Assembly (NCBI GenBank): GCA_012295275.1
Contig: CM022666.1
Location: forward strand, 11,284,001-11,348,000
DNA length: 64,000 bases
Reading direction: 5' to 3'
DNA from: Chrysomallon squamiferum
Lineage: Eukaryota > Animalia > Mollusca
The position numbers were made by a program, and so were the translations under genes. Of this stretch, positions 56,231 through 64,000 are shown piece after piece. The notes beneath the pieces are model-generated. The model was not told the origin of the DNA. It worked only from the letters and a program-made list of their open reading frames with translations, and did not search any database. Each line of letters begins with the position of its first letter. Positions within the stretch are counted from its first letter, which is position 1.

Positions 56231-59200
56231 ATATTTCACCTCATTTATGTACTTAAAATATTTTTTTTACTACTATGCAAATATTTGCATAGAACCTTTT
56301 TTTTTTTTTAATTGTTTCTATGTTGCTGCAGAAAATCTGTTAATTATATGAAACTTAAAGATTGTTAATGATTTTAACAAATAACATAGGGGTTAGACTT
56401 AAGGTATTTAACTCAGATTATTTATGTCATTTCTATTTAATATATGTCAGCAACAGTGAAACTATTTAAAAAGCATGGTAGATTGTAAAAAGTGAATTAA
56501 TAAAAACTGGTAAATGATATTTATAAAATGGGTAAATTTTATTACAAAAAATTGATTAAATTTAAGAATCAATTGGAAATTTGGTTCGTTGTGAAGTAAT
56601 TTTAATACTGAGTTGTATTTTACACTTGTAGAGCAGTTTATTTAGGAAACTTAAAATTAATAATGTTTTATTACTAAATTATTTGTTTTATTTAGTATTT
56701 GTTTGTATTTTACACTGGTTTTTGAAATGTTTCCTTGATATAGGTCAAAATAATAATCTGCATATTGTAAATTTATAAATAAATTAACCAGTCTTTGCAA
56801 AAAATTACCCACCAGATTGTTTCACTTTTTAAACTAGTTTTTATCAACAGTGCCTCATTTTAACCATTTCCTCTTGTTTTTGTTTTTTTTGTTGATTATT
56901 AGCTGCATTTGGTAACTGGCATTGTTTTTTGTCAGATACTACTGAACTGCTAATATGTAAATAACAATGTGTATTCAAATTTGTTGAAATATTGAATTGT
57001 TCTGAAGTATTACTGCACTGAATTCCTATAAGTAACTTAGCAAATTTTGACAGATTTCTTTTTTATTTCTGAATATCAATATGATAACGTAATGGAGAAA
57101 GTGTTTACATTCAGAGACATGTCTTCTGATACTTTATTATTACACCAATGTTTAGAGAATCATCAGTCAGGTTTTAAGACAGATACAATAGAGACATAAA
57201 TTGTTGAAATATAATGAAAAAAACAAATATTTACATTTACTCTGTATACCCTCTTCCCTGATATAACAAAAGACAGAAACTTCATTAAAACCCTATATTA
57301 AATCATCATTATTAGTCTTATTGCAAAAACAAAGATGTTGAAAATATTGCTTTCACATTAAAAGGTTTATGTCCAGTTTCTAATTTCTCATGTAATTTCT
57401 GTTAAAGTTATATTGTGGAATAATTCATTTTGAAATTCTATATTGGTCAAATATTCTTAAAGCATACTTGTTTGCTATTGCTGTAATAGTTTAGAATATA
57501 ATGAAATATAATTTAATTGCATGTAACATTCTGTTGTATTTGTAGAACAAATCATTTTGATGTAATAACTTCAGTGTTGTACATTGTGTGCAAAAGCAAT
57601 GTGTAAATTTCTTATTTTCCAACTTTTAAATATAAAGAACAACTGTCAGACAACATTAACAATTAACTTATTTTATCACTTGATGTTACCAATTTTATTT
57701 GCTAAATATGAAACAAAAGACAGTTGTTTGTATGTACTGCTGTAGAAGCGTTTTGTTAGTTATAATGAAGTTTTAGAATGTATTAGTAAGCTGTCTGTTA
57801 ATGTTTTATTTGTGGATATTTGCTGAGGAATATTCATATCCATTTAAACTTTTTGAAATAAATTAATTTTTTTATTAAACAGCTACATACAGGATAATTT
57901 GGTGCTTTGTTGATTTAGTGACATGTTTATTACATGTAGGCAGTGTGATTTTTTATTGTTGTGTTTGTTTTCAAACAATATTCATGGCATACTGGATGGC
58001 AGCTTCATACTTTTTCTTAATTTTTTTTTTTTTAATTAACTTATAAATTTTTTGGTTTATATTATTATTATTATTAATATTATTGTTGTTATTATTGTAT
58101 GTTACAGTTGAAACCAATATTTACTGTGTTTTTGTATCGTTATCTCTTAATTAACCATTGTACATAACATATTTTACATATGTCATCATTTCATATCTTC
58201 ATTATCTTTATAGGTTTTAGATGCAAGTACATTATAAGCAGCTATAAATAAGTTTCTATCTGTGAGGGGAGGTTGTTCTCTGTACAGGATTGGAAATAAA
58301 TTGTGGATTCTATGGAAAAGTTTATTAACAGAACCTTTTAACAACAAACATCATAACATTCATTTCTTATGTAGAATTACCAGTAAATATTCAGGTTTAT
58401 TTTATTATCCTGTACAAATATTTTGCCAGGACAATTTGTGTTCAATAAAATATATCAACATGCCTGAAATGGTTATTATTTTTATTATTTATTATCTTTT
58501 TCACTTTTTATATCTTTATTATTTTTAATTTGGGGTGGGTGGTGATTTGTGGGGTTTTGGGGTTTTTTTTAAATGTGCTTTGGGAGAGTAGATACAGGTT
58601 ATCAAAAAATTCACTTTTATTTGTACATTTTACCTTTTTTCTTTTTAATATTTAAATTAGATGATTCTTGGTGTAGATAACTATAGAACATTTCGTAAGG
58701 ACTGTAGATCACACTTACATCAGGTGATACCATTTTATTTAATTTGTTTTAGAATAAGATGTATAACTAATAAAACAGTTAAAATGGTAATCAGAGATTG
58801 GTAACTTTCATCTTATTCTCTGTCGCAGATAATTCTATATATATTTTTTTTTTGTAACATGAGAAAAACAAAAACAACAATGACAAAGTAACACATTGGA
58901 TCATTGTTTATTTTATTCAACTTTTTGAAAATGCTAAAAATAAGAACGGAGAATTTATTAGATTTTTCTTGTTTACACAAAGCATCAGAGGTCCTGTGCC
59001 CCCAAGGCAATCACAGTAAGATAGGCAAAATACTTTATTACAGTAAATTTTAGGAAATATTCTTTATAATTACAAAACCATAGTTTGAGAGAAAAGATAA
59101 AACAAATTCAGTTCAAAAGCAATAATTTCAGTGAGTCTCATTTTGATATAGAAAACAGCATAAATATCTGAGTAAATTAAGTCCATCATACTTCCTGTTT

Positions 59201-59669
59201 GATTCACCTCAGGTTTAAGAAGCACTATTCATTGAAACAAAATACTTTAAACTGAAGATGGAAATGAAAATTAGTTATCAATGACATAAGAAGTATTTTT
59301 ATAATTGGCTTTAAACTAACAATCAAGTCCTTTGAAATAAGGTCTTATGCCTTCAAAGCAAATATTATGAGGGGGAGCAAACCTAGTGAGATAAATTGGT
59401 ATAATATAATTGATACATATCAATGAATGAATGAATGTTTAACGACACCCCAGCACAAAAAATATATTGGCTATTGGGTGTCAAACTAAGTTAAGTATTC
59501 CAAAATGATGAATATTTTATATATCAAAATTCAGAATTAAAGTTAGTCAAAGGGCAGTGTAAATAGCTGCAAAAGGTTTCACAGTTTATTTAAATTATAA
59601 TTTATGGTAAAATTCTGTAACTCTCAGAAATTTTAAAACAAGTTCAGGATGGAACTGAAATAATTCCAC

Positions 59670-62583
59670 CAACACATGACTACACTGACAATGTTCACAC
59701 TGAGGTGGACGATCCTTCTTCAGGATAAATGAATGGGTCAAACAATATGACTGATGTGAGCACAACACATGACTGTCTCATCCTTCCTGCACCGCCTGCA
59801 CTCTCCCAGACTGGCTTCACAGAATGAAGTTTGTTCACAACTGCACATTTCCAATTATCCTGCCAAAAAATATATTGGTGAATTAAATGTTTAAAATCAT
59901 TGTAAGGCACACCAACCTCGACTGAAGGCAAATCTAAAGTGGACTTTGCAGCAGAGTCTGCCTTTTCATTGCCAGTGATGAGAACATGGCAGGGTACCCA
60001 ACAAAAAACAATATTTTTATTGGCATTAGATAATAAGACACACTTTCGTATAACCATTGCAGTCAAGGGATGCTCCAAATTCATGTGTTGTAAAGCATAA
60101 AGACATGAAAGTGATCTGTGAAAATAATATATCTGGATACAAAGGAATGTTTAATTTCTTCCAGGGCTTAAGTTATGGAAAACGTTATGTCTGACGGAAA
60201 AACTGCAGCAAAAGCTACAGAATTCCCATCCCGCGATCCATCCAGAGAAACAGGAATAAAATCTCGGAGTCTTCCTTTTATTTCCATGAAAAATTGATGA
60301 TAAATAATAGGATCTGTGCTATCTTTTCTAAGCACAATGTTTGTTGGTTTAACACACAGTGGTGGAAGAATAAAATGCATAGGTGTTTGCAAAATTTATA
60401 TAATATCAATGATGTGAAGACCATGTTTTAATGGGATTTGGCCTTGCATCAAACAACCTCACATATTGGACTTTTGTCAAGAAATAATCATGGTCCAAAT
60501 GGAGACCTCTTTTGTGACAAATGTGCATACACATTGTTTTTGTTTTTGAGAATCTTAATCCGTTGTCAGTTGCCCATTGCTGAAGTTTACTCAGGCAAAG
60601 TTGCAACTGATGTTCGATAATACTTATGTTCGACAATCAGTAGCAAATCTGAAAATCATCAACATATAAAGAGCATTCAACACCAGATTTTGAACACTTG
60701 GTGATGCTGTTAATTTTCACAGAAAATAAAGTTACCGACAGCACACTACACAGAGGTTCAGCCATCTCTTGCAGGTGGGAATCAGAAAAAGTGGATCCCA
60801 TCCAGATTTTAAAAGATTTTTCTTTTAAAACATTATTTATAAAAATGGGAAGGCGACCTCTTAGATTGAAGTCATGGAGGTCCTTCAATATCCCATACTT
60901 CCATGCAGTGTCATAAGCTTTCTCCAAATCAAAAAATACCAAAACAAGGTGTTGATTTTGGATGAAAGCTTCCCTGAAAAAGGTTTCAAATCTAACAAGA
61001 TGGTCTGAAAGCACACTGCACATTAGTAAGCAGTTTGTGGGATTCAAGAAATCAGACCAATCTATAACTGATCATTCATTCCATGGTTTTGCAGATGCAA
61101 CTTGTCAAGGCTATAGGGCAATAATTAGTAGGGTTTGTTGGATCCTTACCAGGCTTTGGAATAGGAATGACAATCACTTTCCTGCAATCAGAAGGAAATT
61201 TCCCAGAAATCCAGATTGTATTGAAAATGCTCAGAAGAAGCAAATGTTTAATTAATTGATAATGTATTTCATCTGGGCCTGCTGAAGTGTCATGAGCTCT
61301 ATGTATAGCGTCCTGCAATTCTTCTATGGAGAAGGGCATATTGCATACTTCAGCATTAGATGAATATTAATAGTCTGCTTTTCATCTTTATTGCATACAG
61401 ATGCGAAATCATCTGTACTGAAAGCAGAAAAATTATGATAAAAGTTATCTGCCAATACATTGAGACATGACATCTCTGTCATTGACAGATAAATGGTGGA
61501 CAGTGTTACTGGATGCCTTTCCTTTGATTTGTTGGATCCTATTCCACACAGATTTGAATGGTGTTTGAGAACTGATACTGGTAATGTATTTCCTCCAAGA
61601 TGTCCTCTTACTGTGTCAGATATCTCTGTGTGCCTTAGCCCTAGCAATGCGATAACGATCTAGACTGCTCTCAGTCGGCTCTCATTTGAACCTTTTCAAG
61701 GCCCTGTTGTGCTCTTTGATTACATCTTTACAAGAATCAGTAAACCAATGTTTATTGAAAGGCTTTACTATTGCCTTCTGCAATGTCCTTCAAGATGGAA
61801 GTAAACAAGGAAATGGGATCATCTGCATCCGTCATGGCAGACTGGTGCAGACGAGTGCCGCACAGATGTTGGAATTGATCCTAGTTTGCTTTGTCAGCTT
61901 CCATCTTTGAACCCTTTCAAGAGAAGGTGGTCCGTTATACTCCAAGAAAATGGGAAAATGGTCACTACCACAAGGATCAGGACCAACTTTCCAGAAGAAA
62001 TCAAGATAAACTGATGGACTACAAAGGGTTAAATCTATTGAAGTGAAGGTATCTCTTGCAGAATGAAAATGTGTGTGACTTTTATCATTAAAGAGAATCA
62101 AATAATTTTTGAGAATTAACTTTACCAGTTGTTGACCTCTGTTATTGACCTCTTCACATCCCCACAATTTATTATACCATTGAAATTTCCCATCAGAATA
62201 AAAGCAGATGGGAGTTTGTTTATGAGATTTTGGAGGTCTTGAGGGTTAAAACTGAAATGATTGCGAGGAGATAAATAAATTGAACATATAGTTTTATGAG
62301 CTGTGACTCTAATACCTACAGCCTGTAAGCTCGTATTTAGGGTAACTACACTCTGGGGAATATTCTCATGAACAAGAATGTAAACACCCCAAGTTGCTCT
62401 ATGTTTTGTTTCCTGGAATTTGTGGTAGAGGTTAAATCCCCTAATAGTAATATAATCAGTATCTTTAAGTAAAGTTTCCTGAAGACACACTGCAAGGGGA
62501 TTATGTTTAACAACTAAAAGGCTCAATTCATCAAAACTGGGCCTAAGCCCATGGCAATTCCAATGAATGACTGAATTAATCAT
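59670..62583 (-). pseudogene. LINE ORF2 (APE endonuclease - reverse transcriptase - RNase H), frameshifted
   Basis: Consecutive ORF-track fragments 62122-62583, 61832-62167, 61076-61339, 60637-61047, 60406-60636, 60168-60392 and 59695-60084 carry the catalytic motifs in the expected order. Confidence 0.92.
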
Positions 62584-63480
62584 TAGTAGGTAGTATGGGT
62601 TTTAATTTTTCTTTCAGTGACCTTCGAGGCTGTGGACGATTTTCTAAGATATCTGTCAGATTGTCCATATTGGCCAATATTCTGTAAGAATTATCAGTCA
62701 GAATCAGTTGTTTTTCAGCTTTCTTTAATCTTTCTAAAGAAGAATCCTTACTCTGTTTCTTGGTTTCTTTTCCAGAAGGCAGCTTGCTGGGCGCTGGCAG
62801 CCTGGCAGATGAGCCCTTTGAAAGATTTTTAGAATCCAAAGAATTTTGTGCTTTAGCATTCTGTTTCTTTGTTTTTTCAATATCCAAAATCATTTTAAAT
62901 TTGTCTACACCTTTTGGCCATGTTAGATAGTCTGAATGGCTATGAAGGCTACAGACACCTTAACAGCGGTCTCTTAACAATTTTCCTCCACAATTGGTAC
63001 ATGCCATATCATTTTGACATGTCTTGCTTTCATGGTCAAACTGACCAATCAAGCACATGTCAGTATCCTTCTTTCATGGAATCTGGAAGAGTGGGCAAAT
63101 TAAATGTCAGAATAAAGGTTCATTGTTGCAACACACCTTTATCTGCTTGACAAATGTGACACCTTGTGAGTAGAGATTTTTGCAAATCTTTTCCTCACTG
63201 ACACCTTCCAGATCCATACACCAAATCACTCCTTTCAATGTATTTAGTGTTGTGTGCAGACTGACTCTAATTGGTATTACACACAAAATTCTTGACTTCA
63301 GTAAATTTTGAGAATGACTCTGTTGAGTCAATAACAAACCATTCCTGAGTTTCTTTACATTTTTAGGCTCATTGACCAAGCCTTGGAGCCCCTTCTGTAT
63401 TGCAAAAGGCAAGTTTTTTTCAGTGCCTCGGTTGAGTTGAGATAAATTTATTTTTAAGTTCAACATAGTGAGTAATTGAA
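62576..63480 (-). pseudogene. LINE ORF1 (gag-like nucleic-acid-binding protein), frameshifted with internal deletion
   Basis: Fragments 63107-63520 and 62576-62893. The basic, low-complexity C-terminus ends overlapping the ORF2 start. Confidence 0.75.
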
Positions 63481-63879
63481 ATTCATCAACCATGCCCAGA
63501 CCTGCCACCAAGACCAACAAGGGAACATGATTCTGAGGATACCCACCTGATATACTCAGGCAATAAAAATATAAATCACCTGATTGACCCTAGCCACCAT
63601 CCCAAGAGCACCAGATACAGACTTCAAGTTACCATCTTTGCTCCTGACAAAAATAAATAAAAACCATGGTTGTTAGCTCTTTAGCTTGGCTTGACAAGCC
63701 AATTGATCAGATCAGGCTGAACCTGATCTCTCGTCTATATGAACTCCAGGCCAAAGTGGTGTGTTGCCAATGGCAATGTGCTCAGTTGCAGACATTAACT
63801 ATGACTCAACCACCAGGATCCCATCATCCACTTCACAGGTTGCACCTCGTGGTAAACAAGGTGCCTCATATGAGAAGTT

Positions 63880-63947
63880 GTGCTGTTATTGGCCATTCTA
63901 AGAATGTCCACCTCTGCACCAAGGTGTGGTTACTGCTCACACAAGGC
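63880..63947 (-). ncRNA. Putative HDV-like self-cleaving ribozyme at the LINE 5' terminus (partly decayed)
   Basis: Minus strand GCCTT(G)TG-TGA-GCAGTAA-C-CAC-ACCTTG-GTG-CAGAGGT-GG-A-CATTC-TTA-GAATG-GCCAA-TAACAGC fits the order P1, P2, P3, L3, P3', P1', P1.1, P4, J4/2, P2'. P2 pairs at only 5 of 7 positions and P1 needs one bulge. Confidence 0.55.
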
Positions 63948-63951
63948 GATA

Positions 63952-63961
63952 ATATATATAT

Positions 63962-63994
<33 letters not shown>

Positions 63995-64000
63995 TATATA
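63952..64000. repeat. (TA)n/(TACA)n microsatellite
   Basis: Directly visible at the window end, abutting the LINE 5' end. Confidence 0.93.

Larger units (their letters stand above)
59422..63948 (-). mobile_element. Decayed, apparently full-length non-LTR retrotransposon of the I group (Nimb/I/Ingi-like) with RNase H
   Basis: Minus-strand order: ORF1 fragments (PFAIQKGLQGL...KNVKKLRNGLLL), APE (IHWNCHGLR, VCLQET, SIDLTLCS, GSDHFPI), RT (SAGPDEIHY, PIPKPGKDP, FFDLEKAYD, LYVDDF), RNase H (DGS, WVPCHVLITGNEKADSAAK), CxxC...H finger, 3' stem-loop and (TTCA)n tail. Many frameshifts and deletions. Degenerate TSD ATAATATA..ATACATA at 59401-59419 and 63949-63968. Confidence 0.93.

Overview
AT-rich, intron-rich animal genomic DNA, probably an invertebrate and plausibly a gastropod mollusc (inferred from composition and repeat types, not verified). 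Four spliced genes were assembled by hand. (1) The 3' half of MFSD1 (+, 468-3307). (2) A 13-coding-exon gene (-, 35363-6113, ~675 aa) joining two IQ motifs and an IQCJ-like region to a complete SCHIP1 C-terminus, with several candidate alternative first exons and microexons in its 12.9-kb intron. (3) CFAP300/C11orf70 (+, 37221-40558), head-to-head with that gene across a compact promoter that carries a perfect heat-shock element. (4) RSF1 (+, 43506-56230, 17 exons, ~1831 aa). The window ends with a decayed but apparently full-length I-group LINE (-, ~63948-59422; ORF1, APE, RT, RNase H, CCHC) whose exact 5' end folds like an HDV-type self-cleaving ribozyme. Several MITEs, a 117-bp tandem repeat and microsatellites are also present. 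Homology calls rest on recalled vertebrate protein sequences; no database search was run.
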